Source: Marispirochaeta sp. (GTDB lineage Bacteria; Spirochaetota; Spirochaetia; JC444; Marispirochaetaceae). From it: a stretch of 64,000 nt of DNA. The notes under the pieces were generated by a model. It ran no database searches. It saw only the letters and a program-made list of their open reading frames with translations, and was not told the origin of the DNA. The DNA is taken from positions 480,001-544,000 of the forward strand of contig CAXXFF010000003.1 of NCBI GenBank assembly GCA_963676835.2, read 5' to 3'. Made by a program: the position numbers and the translations under genes. Shown one piece after another: positions 38,233 to 48,551 of this stretch. The first letter of the stretch is position 1; the number at the start of each line of letters is the position of its first letter.

Positions 38233-38315
38233 GAGAATATAAGAAAGTATCAGCAAGCCGGACGGGGCAGGTGCGCTTGCCCCGGGCATGGGCTGAATGT
38301 TATAGTTGGCCGCGT

Positions 38316-40658
38316 ATGCTGAACAGAATAGCAGCTCTTACCTATTGCGGCCGTAGTTACGTGAGCCCCTCATCATCCGGGGCATTTGAAACTGAAATGA
38401 CCTTTGAAGAGGCTGCCTCCGCCTACCGCAGGATGATAGAAAGCGGCGGAATAACGAAGGACGCCCTTGAACAGGCGGCAGCCTTTCTTTTCTTCTCCGG
38501 CCGCAACTACATACTCACAGATCTTGAATCCCGACTGCTTGAGCCGACTTCCGCAAGTCCTGATATTTATGCCTATTGTGCCTACTCCCGTGCAACCGGG
38601 GATATTCCCGGGGCAATAGAGCTTATAGAACGGGGGATTGATTCTTTTCCCGATGATCCGAAACTGCCCAATGATCTGGTTCGCCTGAACATGGTACTTT
38701 CTCCCGGTACACCGCCTGCGGTGGATGGAAGTTCCCGGGCAATGGAGAGCTTTCAGGGTATCTCCTCGGCTTTGTACCTGATATTTTTTCTCTACCGCCG
38801 CCGCCTTATCACCGAACTCCCCGAGGATTTAAGCGAAACAGTCAGACAGCTTGCCACAATTGCCAAAAACTCACGGGAAGAGCTTGAAGCCCGCCTGACT
38901 GAAATAGAGTTTGCAGCTCTTTCGGGAGATTATTTAAGCCAGGAGAAATTGATAAACCGGGCTCTGAAACACAGTCCGGAAAACTTCGATATACTTGCCG
39001 AAGCCGCCCGGTTTGAACTTACCCGGGGAGAACATAAAATAGAAGGCTATTCGCCCCTTCTCTGTGCGGAAAGCATGTGTACCCTGCGGCCCTGGCACCC
39101 GGAAGGCTTTCATCTGAAAGGTCTGATTCTTACCACAAAAACCCCGGCCCTGCCGGTAGCCGGAACCATAGAAGCCTTTGAAAAAGCCTTTGCAATTGAT
39201 AACCGGGACCGTCAGATAGTTGAAGATTTCCTGGCTGGGTGCGCAGTGCTTTCCGCCGGAACAAAAAGCCCTGTGGAAAAACAGCTGTTAGGTGAATCCG
39301 CCGGTAAACTGTTAGAAGACCTCTCCCCCTATTTTCGGGATGATCCGGATTTCCTGGCAAAAACTGGCACCGTGTTTCTGGAGAACGGCCTTGTTCGGCA
39401 GGGAGAACAGCTTATAGAAGAAGCGCTGAAACGTGCGCCGGAGCTACCCGCAGTACTTGCAGCTGCAGGGTCCGCAGCGGTGGTTCAGAGTATGGAGCCC
39501 TGCAGACAGGATGATACCGCAAACCTTATGAATACGGCGGAAAAACTGTTTCTTCAGGCCTACAAAAAAGAGACCGATCCACAGCAGAGAGGTCTATACC
39601 TGCTCGGGCTGGTTAATATCTTTCAGAAAACAGAGCAGCCTGAAGAAGAACTGAAAATCCTGCATGACGGAGCCAATGAAGGTGTCCCGGCGTTGGAGAT
39701 ATATTTCCGGCTTTCCGAGATCTACCATGCCATCGGACAGACCGCGAAAGCTGTTGAAGCTTTAGAGGCGGGATACAAGGCCATGCCGGACTCGGTTGAC
39801 CTGGGGATAGAGACCGCCCGGGCCCTGAGTCAGGGGCAGGATTTTATCAGAGCGGTAGATATTGCCGATACCCTTGCCTCCCGCTACCCCAATGCGCCGT
39901 GGATATTCAACCAGTTAGGCATAATCTACGTTGAATGGGGCAATGCCCTTGAAGAAGAAGATACAGAAAAGTCAGATAAATACCGCATAGCATCCAAGGC
40001 ATTTTCCCGGGCCTGCGACCTGGATACCCGTGAAGCCACCTACCGCAGCAATTACGGCGACTCCCTGAGACTGTGCGGCGACAATGAAAAGGCCCAGGCA
40101 GAACTTAAAGAGAGCCTTAAAATTAAACCGGAAGACCCCTTTACCCTGAATGCCCTGGGGCTTATTCAGAGTCATTATGCCCGGCACCAGAAAACACGGG
40201 ATAAACAGGAAGAGTTTATCCTTGAAGCAGAGCATTATTTTACCCGGGCGTCTGCGTCTGATTCCGGCAACCCCCTCTACCTGATCAACCTGGCAGATAT
40301 GTTTTATGATCTCGGCTATTTTGAAGAGACCATAGAGCTGTATCAGAAAATTATCGAGGTGGAAGATGCCTGGCAGTATTACGACATTGTCGGCCTCTGC
40401 AACTATCATATAGGCCATTACGATGAAGCGGAAAAATGGTTTACCCTTGCTCTGGAGAGGGAACCCGGTGCTGCGGAGGTTATCAATTCCCTCGGACTCT
40501 GCAGTCTGGGCAAGGGACAAATGAACCGTGCCATTGAGTATTTCAAGGAAGCATCCCTCCTTGATCCGGTTAATTCGGTCTATATTGATAACATTGCCAT
40601 GGCCCAGTACAACATGGATGGATATACCACAGACCTGGGTGACAGCCCCAGAATGTAA
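38316..40658 (+). CDS. Tetratricopeptide repeat protein
   Basis: Many TPR units (NQLGIIY, NALGLI, NSLGLCSLGKGQMNRAIEYFKEA); ATG 38316 follows TGTTATAGT. Confidence 0.85.
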   Translation: MLNRIAALTYCGRSYVSPSSSGAFETEMTFEEAASAYRRMIESGGITKDALEQAAAFLFFSGRNYILTDLESRLLEPTSASPDIYAYCAYSRATGDIPGAIELIERGIDSFPDDPKLPNDLVRLNMVLSPGTPPAVDGSSRAMESFQGISSALYLIFFLYRRRLITELPEDLSETVRQLATIAKNSREELEARLTEIEFAALSGDYLSQEKLINRALKHSPENFDILAEAARFELTRGEHKIEGYSPLLCAESMCTLRPWHPEGFHLKGLILTTKTPALPVAGTIEAFEKAFAIDNRDRQIVEDFLAGCAVLSAGTKSPVEKQLLGESAGKLLEDLSPYFRDDPDFLAKTGTVFLENGLVRQGEQLIEEALKRAPELPAVLAAAGSAAVVQSMEPCRQDDTANLMNTAEKLFLQAYKKETDPQQRGLYLLGLVNIFQKTEQPEEELKILHDGANEGVPALEIYFRLSEIYHAIGQTAKAVEALEAGYKAMPDSVDLGIETARALSQGQDFIRAVDIADTLASRYPNAPWIFNQLGIIYVEWGNALEEEDTEKSDKYRIASKAFSRACDLDTREATYRSNYGDSLRLCGDNEKAQAELKESLKIKPEDPFTLNALGLIQSHYARHQKTRDKQEEFILEAEHYFTRASASDSGNPLYLINLADMFYDLGYFEETIELYQKIIEVEDAWQYYDIVGLCNYHIGHYDEAEKWFTLALEREPGAAEVINSLGLCSLGKGQMNRAIEYFKEASLLDPVNSVYIDNIAMAQYNMDGYTTDLGDSPRM

Positions 40659-40714
40659 TAAACCAGACTGATTGACACACCGCCACAGGATATGCTTTTA
40701 TATACGCTCAGTAA

Positions 40715-40788
40715 GGGCCTATAGCTCAGTTGGTTAGAGCAACGGACTCATAATCCGTGGGTCGTAGGTTCAAGTCCTACTGGGCCCA
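40715..40788 (+). tRNA. tRNA with CAT anticodon, most likely tRNA-Ile2
   Basis: GGGCCTA/TGGGCCC acceptor, D arm AGCTCAGTTGGTTAGAGC, ACGGA-CTCATAA-TCCGT, GTTCAAGTC T loop; G1-C72 pair excludes fMet; CCA not encoded. Confidence 0.93.
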
Positions 40789-40795
40789 AATGAAC

Positions 40796-40829
40796 AAAGC
40801 GTTTCACCGAAAGGTGGGACGCTTTTTTT
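40796..40829 (+). terminator. Intrinsic terminator after the tRNA
   Basis: AAAGCGTTTCACC-GAAA-GGTGGGACGCTTT plus T tract. Confidence 0.85.
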
Positions 40830-40842
40830 ATTTGGGTAGGGA

Positions 40843-40972
40843 CCCAGTAGGACTTGAAACGGAGGAGCGGCGCGAACCGGTGAGCGCAAATCGTCATGGA
40901 TGGCGATTTAGTGACGCAAGCGGCCTGTAAGGAAGCGGCACGATGCCGCTGACTGAAAGGCAAGTCCTACTG
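40843..40972. repeat. tRNA 3'-end-derived inverted element
   Basis: 40843-40858 is the reverse complement of tRNA 40769-40784; CAAGTCCTACTG (40961-40972) is a direct copy; internal hairpins. Confidence 0.75.
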
Positions 40973-41285
40973 CACGTCTCACCAATGACCCTTTTCAACC
41001 CACCCCAATACTATCAATCTTAAAAAACGTCCTTAACCCGAGTACTGTCACCCCTGAGAGTTTTCAATTAATTCTGACTTTATACTGCATGACACGTTTT
41101 GCTCTTCAACCTCAATTCAGGAGCAATAAAGTGACCTTTTGCCTGGTAAAATGGAAATATATAATATTTGAGTTATACTCTCAGATAAGTTGAAATCAAG
41201 AAATATTATTCAAAAACAGACAGACACTAAAGGGAGTACTTGTGCTTGTTTTACTAATACCTTTTACCTTTTGGCGGGCTAAAAA

Positions 41286-41522
41286 ATGTTAGGCATGGTT
41301 GTTCTCAGAAAGGGCAATCGTCTTGTTTTGAAACATTGTGAAGGGCTTGTTGTCCTGGAGTTGAAATCACTTTCAACTGTCCAGCCTGGAGAGTTGATAA
41401 ACGGGACAATGAATTGTAAAGGTGAGGCAGACTTATCCCGAACAGATTCAGGGGAAGCAATGCAGGTAGTAATACTTGAGCCCGATTGTTGTGTAGAAAA
41501 GGTCCGCCTTTATTTAAATTGA
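41286..41522 (+). CDS. Small hypothetical protein
   Basis: 78-aa ORF with beta-rich OB-like pattern; no recognised motif. Confidence 0.55.
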   Translation: MLGMVVLRKGNRLVLKHCEGLVVLELKSLSTVQPGELINGTMNCKGEADLSRTDSGEAMQVVILEPDCCVEKVRLYLN

Positions 41523-41749
41523 TTCCACACAAGGACAAAAGGTATGAACCGCTCGATCCGCCTACACTTGTGCCGCAGTTGACAATTCGCCCTTTTTACC
41601 CCAGAGTAAACTCATTATGAACGCATAAAAATCACCTGAAGCATTTTTGTGTATTCCGATGATTTCGGACAGTGATTCCGGCGGAAAACGGACAGCTGCC
41701 TGAAGGAAGTAAATCCTCGTCTTCAGTATGATCAGGTGTCCGTTTTGCG

Positions 41750-42490
41750 TCAATCTACAGCATAGAGTTTCCTCCTTACCGAGTCCCCGGTTATTACAAT
41801 TCTATGAGAATGAAAGGCAAGACGGTCCATTATGGCATCGGCAATCGTGGGGTCACCGATAATGCTGTGCCAGTTTTCTACCGGCTGTTGGGCGATCACT
41901 ATCGTAGATTTTCTCCGGTGTCGATCTTCAAGGATTTCAAGAAATGCCATCCGTGCAGTATGCTCCAGCGGTTCCAGACCGAAGTCATCGATAATGACCA
42001 GCTTGTTTTTCATTATGCGTGACAAGTGCTTCAGGTAGGTTCCATCATCCCTTGCCGCCGCTATTTCATTGAATAAACGCGTTGTGGAAAAGTAAGCGAC
42101 GGTATACCCATACTGACATGCCTGATGTCCGAAAGCCGATCCAAGAAAACTTTTTCCTCCTCCGGTCGGACCCGTGATGAGCAGGTCCTGCCCCCGGGAT
42201 ATCCAGGAGCAGGCTGCAAGTCTTAAGATCTGGTTTTTGTCCAGATTCCGGTCGAAGGTATAGTCGATATCTTCAATCGCTGCCTTATAGCGGAAACGGG
42301 CCGCATTGGCAAGGCGCGCCAGTCGGCGATTGTGTTTCTCATCCCATTCTGAGTCGACAAGGTAGCTGATAACCTCATCGGTTGTAAGATCCATATGGCG
42401 TCCGGTCTCCTGCAGTGTACGGAAGGCCTGTACCATTCCGTGGAGACGCATCTCGGTCATCTTGTTGATTGTCGCCTGATTATTATTCAT
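41750..42490 (-). CDS. istB: IS21 helper ATPase IstB
   Basis: GPTGGGKS Walker A, IIDDFG Walker B, ADAIMDRL, GDSVR. Confidence 0.95.
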   Translation of the reverse strand: MNNNQATINKMTEMRLHGMVQAFRTLQETGRHMDLTTDEVISYLVDSEWDEKHNRRLARLANAARFRYKAAIEDIDYTFDRNLDKNQILRLAACSWISRGQDLLITGPTGGGKSFLGSAFGHQACQYGYTVAYFSTTRLFNEIAAARDDGTYLKHLSRIMKNKLVIIDDFGLEPLEHTARMAFLEILEDRHRRKSTIVIAQQPVENWHSIIGDPTIADAIMDRLAFHSHRIVITGDSVRRKLYAVD

Positions 42491-42498
42491 CGGTTACC

Positions 42499-44045
42499 TC
42501 ATTTGTAGATTGCAGAATCCCGCAGGTTCTTGTGATCGGCGAAGAGAAACACCTGTTTGTTCTGCTGTTCATCCTTTTCTTGTCGCATGATTTCATCCAG
42601 ATATGCACGAACATCCCGATAACTGATTCTCGAGTAGTTCAACGCACGTCGGCAGGCCCAGTTCAGCCGGTGTGATCCGGCATCCTTTGCCAGGTTCAGC
42701 ACACCAAGGCAGGATTTGTACGCCTGCTGCTCATGTGGCTTGCTGTTTAATAGATGTGAAATCACCAGGAACGTCTCTTCTCCAATCGACTGAGCCCAGG
42801 TGGTAAACTTCTCCGCCGACCATGATTCAACAAACTGATGGTGCCTGGGCATGTGTGCGGACTGTGTGGAGTATTGTCCTTTCTTTCTGCTCCGGCGGTG
42901 CTGGGCTACGCGTACATTCTTGTGATATACCGCTATAATTCGCTCATCAAAGATCACTTTGACCTGTTCTCCCTTCAGCTGCCAGGGAACAGAGTAGTAG
43001 TGCTTATCTTTTGACAGGATAAAGTGATAGTCCGGTGCAACCTTGTGAGTTTCGAAGTATTTCATTGGATACGGTTCGCCCGGCAGCGTCTTCAGCGCAG
43101 ACCGTTCGATCTCTTCAAACAACTGACGCCGTGAGATTTGCAGCTTTGTCAGTTTCCGGGTATTGTGTTCTTCAAGAAGTTCTGCGATGGCCTGGTTGAG
43201 CTCAGCCAACGAATGGAACCTCTTGCCGTACAGCGGGGCGAATATCCGCTGATAGGTTAACTTGACGGCATTCTCCGCCAGGGATTTGTCTTTCGGTTTA
43301 TAGGCCCTGGCGGGGATTATCGTCGTCCGGTAGTAATCGGCAAAATCATCGAACAACGGATTAAGCTCCGGCTCATATTTACTCGCACTGAGCACGGCCG
43401 CCTTCAGGTTATCCGGGACGAGAGCTCGCGGAACCCCGCCGAAGTACCTCAGAGCCCGTTCTGTGGAGCGGACAAAGGCCTCTTGTTTCTGGCTCTCACT
43501 TGCTTCAACATAGGCCAGCTGACTTGCTCCGAGTACCGCAACGAATATTTGTGCCCGCTGCTCATCTCCATCAGGATAGTAAGGGAACGTTTCTCCGGCA
43601 TAGTCGAGATATGCCATATCTCCAGGCTCGTGGGGCTGACGCATCGTCACCTCACCGGAGTCCAGAAACACCGTAAAGTGGTGACAGAACTGACTGTATC
43701 TATATCCGTTTGGATACTTTCTACGGTATTCCTTCCATAGGAACTGCTTCGTCATCCCCCGCTGTTTCAGCCGTTTGGCGTACTCGGGGAACAGTGTCGT
43801 TAGTTGTGTATACTGCTCACTTTCTTCCTGCTTTTCTCTTCGAACAGGCCAAGCAGCTGCTCATCGGTAAGCTTTTGGCTTGCTGCATAGCTGATCCCGG
43901 TGCGGCGGAATCGCACCAGATATTCGCTGACTGTGGTTTTAGATACTCCGGTCAGTTGGGATACATCCCGAAGTCCCAGCTTGCTCTCGTACGTGAGCGC
44001 AAGCAGTTTACGCATGTGTTTCACATGAATCCTCGCTCTCGACAT
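42499..44045 (-). pseudogene. istA: IS21 transposase IstA, frameshifted near codon 75
   Basis: HTH ORF (MSRAR...VSKTTVSEYL) stops at 43800; the -1 frame continues SEQYTQL...RGMTKQFLW into the DDE core (LDYAG, VPDNLK, AENAV). Confidence 0.85.
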
Positions 44046-44310
44046 TCTGTACTCCGTCAAATAGTAGTTTTGCTATTGTGACGAGAGTGCTCGTGTTAAT
44101 CGAGGATTTCTTATTTCAGGTTAAAGCAATTCCGGCGCTCCGGAAAAACTGTCCGTTTTCGGCCGGAACAGGTGTCCGTTTTTGCCCGGAATCACTGTCC
44201 GCTTTCCTCCGGAATGGGTGTCCGTTTTCGGCCGGTGTACACATTTTTCCCTAACACAAGTAATTCTTCTCACTACATACACAGAACAGAAGGATACACA
44301 GGAGATTTTT

Positions 44311-45153
44311 ATGAATATGAATGCATTGATTAAAATTGCAGAAAAGCCCGAGCTATATGCGAAAGGCACTGATTTCATGTGGACCGACAGCCATATTTCT
44401 AAACAGCTGCTTCAGGTCCATCTGAACGAAGATATTGATCTTGCAAGCAGAAAAAAGAGCTCAATTCTGCAGACTACCGCGTGGCTCTTGTCTCAAACCG
44501 GAAAAGAACAACTTAATATTCTTGACCTCGGCTGCGGCCCCGGACTCTACACTACTCTATTTGCCGAACAAAATCACAATGTAACAGGGATTGATATCTC
44601 GGAAGAGTCGATACGCCATGCACGTACAAGTGCGGAGGAAAAGAATCTATCCATCGATTATTTAAACGGGAGCTATCTGGAGATCGATTTTGGACAAAGC
44701 AAATACGATCTGATTGTTATGATTTATACCGACTTCGGCGTACTCTCACCTGCTGACCGTAACCTGTTGTTACAGAAAGTTAGAGGTGCATTAAAAACAG
44801 ATGGTCTATTTATTTTCGATGTTTTAAATGATTCCTGTTTTGCTGAGTGCAAAGCAGAACAGGGCTGGGAATGTGAAAATTCCGGTTTCTGGAGTCATAA
44901 CCCATATCTTCATTTATCTCAGTCGTTTATCTATAAAGATAAAAAAATAATCCTCTACCGCCATCTATTAGCAGATGAATCTGATACTTTCAGAACCTTT
45001 CACTTCTGGACACATTTTTTTACAGAAAACGATCTTACTGCACTTCTACCCGAGCAAGGCTTAAAAGCAATAAGTTTTCATCGTAATGTTCTACCAGAGG
45101 ATGATCAGTGGACCGGTGAAAATGTAACCTTTACCGTCTGCAAACGGGCCTGA
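44311..45153 (+). CDS. Class I SAM-dependent methyltransferase
   Basis: AGGAG SD; MWTDSHIS..LL..HL, ILDLGCGPGLY, IYTDFG; the upstream ORF extension lies inside the IS end. Confidence 0.88.
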   Translation: MNMNALIKIAEKPELYAKGTDFMWTDSHISKQLLQVHLNEDIDLASRKKSSILQTTAWLLSQTGKEQLNILDLGCGPGLYTTLFAEQNHNVTGIDISEESIRHARTSAEEKNLSIDYLNGSYLEIDFGQSKYDLIVMIYTDFGVLSPADRNLLLQKVRGALKTDGLFIFDVLNDSCFAECKAEQGWECENSGFWSHNPYLHLSQSFIYKDKKIILYRHLLADESDTFRTFHFWTHFFTENDLTALLPEQGLKAISFHRNVLPEDDQWTGENVTFTVCKRA

Positions 45154-45158
45154 ACAAT

Positions 45159-45194
45159 GCTGTGGGCTGTTGTTCAAACAGTCCACAGCTTTTT
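45159..45194 (+). terminator. Intrinsic terminator
   Basis: GCTGTGGGCTGTT / AACAGTCCACAGC plus TTTTT. Confidence 0.75.
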
Positions 45195-45640
45195 CGCTTC
45201 CAGTGGCGCATCATAAAAGGCCTTTATTTATATTTGAACAAAACTTATAGAATCCCGTATAAACAGTAACACAGAACATCCTCATGATATGCATTTAATG
45301 ACAGTATAATTAAAAACATATACTTACTTTTGGAAAAATTTTTTATATCTTATCCAGCTCACTTAAGGAGAACTTCCTGCTGTACTATGATCTTTACGGC
45401 AGGAGAGTGAATGAATGGGCAGTTCATGTTCATCTGAAAGCGGATAAACTAGCAGAATTTGTCTTTTGGTACCATTTGAATACCTCAGCCCCTGAGGATT
45501 CTAATTCACGGAAGAAACTCCTTAAGATCCCCCTGGAATACAGGAATCTGCTTTAATGTCAGGTTTTTCAGATCCTGGCTTTCTTACTAATTAGCTTAAA
45601 AATAGACTGGAGCTGCCTTGGTCCTGTATGTATAATTACA

Positions 45641-45789
45641 GGACACCTCTGAAAACGTGGTATTTTAGCCAAACCTGAGGAGAATAGATTTTGTAGTGCC
45701 TGCAAACTCTTGTTTTAACAAAAGTTAAGTATCGCGGGAAATCTTGACGACACAGGATATGGTGAAAAGAGTAGTTTGTAGAACTGTCC
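45641..45789. mobile_element. MITE-like element, copy 2 (149 bp)
   Basis: GGACACCTCTGAAAAC / GTTTGTAGAACTGTCC imperfect TIRs; TACA at 45637-40 and 45790-93; homologous to 19638-19795. Confidence 0.75.
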
Positions 45790-45841
45790 TACAGTCAAGG
45801 ATGTAAAGAACAAGCTGAAATTTATTCTGTTGGAGAAAAAA

Positions 45842-47443
45842 ATGGGTGATAACAAAGTTCTTTTTTCAGAGATTAACGGACGTCTGCTTTACCGGGGCAA
45901 GCCTGTAAAAAATCAGGAAATTACCCGCAGGTACACATGGCTCGGCGTTGATGAAGGCAGCGATACAACCAGAACAGACAGCAGGGGTTACTACAGCTTT
46001 CCCGCAATAACAAGCACGAAGTCACAGCCGGAAGGTGTAGAGGATCTGTTTATAATGCAGAGCATCACAACAGATTATAAGGATCAATCCTACACCCTTT
46101 GGAAAACTACAAAGTACGATTTTATCAACCGGGGTGAACTGGGAGGACATCCGATAAAAATGGTAAACGAGCTTAAAGATGAGAGCCGCACCTATATGCT
46201 TCCGACATTCGGCGAATATCTCACAAACCTTGATGGAGTACTTGAACTAGATCATCCCTATGTGAAGGAAACTGAGCAGGGCCGAAAACTTGTTGAAAAG
46301 AGCCAGAGAAAAGTCATTCAGCAGCTGCTTAACAGACTGAACTCATCTGAAATGCTGACGCAGCTTAACAGCGTGTTTGTAAACCCTGTACTTCAGCCCA
46401 GCGGGATTGAATCGATAACTGAACTTACCGGGGTGGAGATTTCAGATTACAGCCCATGCTCAGACATGAAGCGTACCAATGTCTCGCTTGAAAAAAACGG
46501 CTACATCGGCTTTACAGTATCCTGCAGGGCTATGGTTAAACTGAGCTCAGGGAAAGTATATTACACGGATCTCTACTGGCCTAAAGCAGCTGTCAGCCTG
46601 GATTCGGATACCGAAGTCCAGCTTGGCGGAGATTACACAAAGCTGTCGATTGACAACAGGGAGCTTCTCAGAGAAGGCCTGACAGGCTTTCTTAAAACCG
46701 AAGCTGTATCCGCCATTATTGAAACCTCAATAAAGACTTCCCCCGATGACGCAACAGCCTACATTCTTGATGACAAACTGAGAATGGCGGACTATGTCTA
46801 TGACCATAAAGAACTGCCCACCGACTATAGACCTGATTACCTGATAGAAAGCCTGATCGTTACAGACCTCAGCCCTTCTTACGTCAACACAGAAGAAGAC
46901 TACGCCGCAGTCAATGCCTCCGGGAATCTGACAGTTGCCGGACACCCGAATACTTACTCCTTCTCTACCCAGCGCTGTCTTTCTCTAAAAGCGTTGGGAT
47001 CTGAACATTATGTACCAGTGCAAAATGAGAACTGCAGCATGGAGTTCAACATTCCTGTGTTCTCCTACGATATAAAAATGACAAAGCAGGAATTCACTCG
47101 TAATGAACCTTTAATAATGAGTTTTACCGTTACAAACCTGCTTCCGAAGGAAAATATTTTTCTGAAGTGGCATACGCCCTTTGAAGGTTTTAAGAATAAC
47201 TTCCTTGAAGTAGTTCACATGGAATCCGGAGAGGAGATTCAGTATGAGGGGATACTGAAATCAAGGACCGCTCCAAGCAGAGAAAACGGCTCCTATATTG
47301 AGGTTCCCGCCGGCGCGTCAAAAAATATCGAAATTGATCTACTTGAGGCATATGCCTGCAGTAAAAAAGGGCTCTATAAAGTCGTTTTTAACGGGTACAA
47401 CACAGATGGGGAAAAGGCATTCGCAGAGTTTAATCTAAAATAG
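45842..47443 (+). CDS. Hypothetical protein: DUF6795-like N-terminus, M35 propeptide-like C-terminus
   Basis: GGAG SD; VLFSEINGRLLYRGKPV...TRTDSRGYYSFPAI; FLKWHTPFEG...YEGILKSR...YIEVPAG...IDLLEAY. Confidence 0.6.
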   Translation: MGDNKVLFSEINGRLLYRGKPVKNQEITRRYTWLGVDEGSDTTRTDSRGYYSFPAITSTKSQPEGVEDLFIMQSITTDYKDQSYTLWKTTKYDFINRGELGGHPIKMVNELKDESRTYMLPTFGEYLTNLDGVLELDHPYVKETEQGRKLVEKSQRKVIQQLLNRLNSSEMLTQLNSVFVNPVLQPSGIESITELTGVEISDYSPCSDMKRTNVSLEKNGYIGFTVSCRAMVKLSSGKVYYTDLYWPKAAVSLDSDTEVQLGGDYTKLSIDNRELLREGLTGFLKTEAVSAIIETSIKTSPDDATAYILDDKLRMADYVYDHKELPTDYRPDYLIESLIVTDLSPSYVNTEEDYAAVNASGNLTVAGHPNTYSFSTQRCLSLKALGSEHYVPVQNENCSMEFNIPVFSYDIKMTKQEFTRNEPLIMSFTVTNLLPKENIFLKWHTPFEGFKNNFLEVVHMESGEEIQYEGILKSRTAPSRENGSYIEVPAGASKNIEIDLLEAYACSKKGLYKVVFNGYNTDGEKAFAEFNLK

Positions 47444-47526
47444 AATTTAGCTGTAAAAATGCGGAGTACCTGGCTGAAAAATATTTTAGTACCCATATCA
47501 ATCTCCCATATTGTATATTATAAACT

Positions 47527-48006
47527 ATGAATAATATTGTTTTAATAATTCTGGTTCCAGTACTTATAATTGCTGCTGTTGGTTCCATTTGGCTTTTCAA
47601 GAACCAATCCTCAAAAATTGATGATAAGTCCAGCTCTGACTTCACTTCAAATCTTAGCCAGGGGTCAACCCCAAGATCATTTGACTTCAAAGCTGCCAGG
47701 ACAATTGAAGTTATCCGTTACAACGATGCAAAACCGGCAGCACCTTCAAAGAAGAAAATTATTTCAGATAGTACAGAAATTGATAAAATTATCTCTCTTC
47801 TTGACTCTCTTCCACGTGAAGGTGATGTATACATGGATATGCTTGCAGGAATAAGGCACGAGGTCACAGCCTGCAACGAATCAGAAACACCCTTTGCGCA
47901 CTTTACGTTTTATGGTGAAAAACTGCAGGCCGAAAACACTGCATTTTTCGAAGAGGATTATGAAAATGAGGCAGCTTTATATAAAATAATTTTTATAGAA
48001 GATTAG
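47527..48006 (+). CDS. Hypothetical membrane-anchored protein
   Basis: N-terminal TM helix, Ser-rich linker, small globular domain. Confidence 0.65.
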   Translation: MNNIVLIILVPVLIIAAVGSIWLFKNQSSKIDDKSSSDFTSNLSQGSTPRSFDFKAARTIEVIRYNDAKPAAPSKKKIISDSTEIDKIISLLDSLPREGDVYMDMLAGIRHEVTACNESETPFAHFTFYGEKLQAENTAFFEEDYENEAALYKIIFIED

Positions 48007-48406
48007 TAGGATTGAATTTTGGAGAAATATCCAACCTGCTGCATTTAATAAGCAGCTTAGCATCCCGGTCAAAGAGACCTTTGACAAAAGCATCAAGAAT
48101 GATTTTATCTTCTTCAACTGTGAGCTGACCGTAAAGGTCGAGGTGCTCATCTGCAAATAGTGAAATATTATAATTATTCATAACATCGTTATCTATGGAA
48201 ATGGTTGCGGGCAATTCTGGTATTGGATAATTATGAAAGTAAAACCTTAGAGGGTAACATAAGAATGACCATTTTGAGCTTTCTGGCAGTTCATCAATTT
48301 CATTTCCATCACAACGAATATCGATAGATAAAATGCCGTCGTTAACGTTGATCTTTTTTTTGAGAATGTGAAAATTGTCACCGTCAAGTTCAAACACATC
48401 AGACAT
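47993..48406 (-). CDS. Hypothetical acidic protein
   Basis: 137-aa ORF; TGTTAAACT extended -10 lies 6 nt before ATG. Confidence 0.6.
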   Translation of the reverse strand: MSDVFELDGDNFHILKKKINVNDGILSIDIRCDGNEIDELPESSKWSFLCYPLRFYFHNYPIPELPATISIDNDVMNNYNISLFADEHLDLYGQLTVEEDKIILDAFVKGLFDRDAKLLIKCSRLDISPKFNPTNLL

Positions 48407-48485
48407 AAGCACAGTTTAACATTTTATAGAAAACTTAGAAACTACAAAAAAGAACTGTAAAGTGTTATTATGAAGAAGGTCGAAT

Positions 48486-48551
48486 ATGAGCGATTTATAC
48501 AAAATATGAGCAAAATACGACAGTGATACGATTGTTGTTTATCAGGCTGAG
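48486..48551 (+). pseudogene. 5' stub of a DUF4291-like gene
   Basis: AAGGT SD; MSDLYKI*AKYDSDTIVVYQA resembles the DUF4291 start IRAxYDxxTIxVYQA; TGA at 48507. Confidence 0.55.

Larger units (their letters stand above)
41648..44243 (-). mobile_element. IS21 family insertion sequence
   Basis: TGTGTA...TACACA ends; 23-bp-period subterminal CGGACA repeats (four at 44150-44224, two at 41666/41689); T-tract direct repeat on both flanks; istA-istB. Confidence 0.92.

Noticed and set aside
40715..40788. tRNA-Met or fMet call
   Set aside because: G1-C72 pair and no GGG/CCC anticodon stem exclude fMet; overall sequence resembles Ile2. Elongator Met is not formally excluded.
41562..41753. 63-aa ORF after istB
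   Set aside because: Crosses the IS end into flanking DNA; likely spurious.
48507..48509. Selenocysteine or read-through TGA
   Set aside because: Position corresponds to Arg, no SECIS-like hairpin follows, and a C-to-T change explains it.
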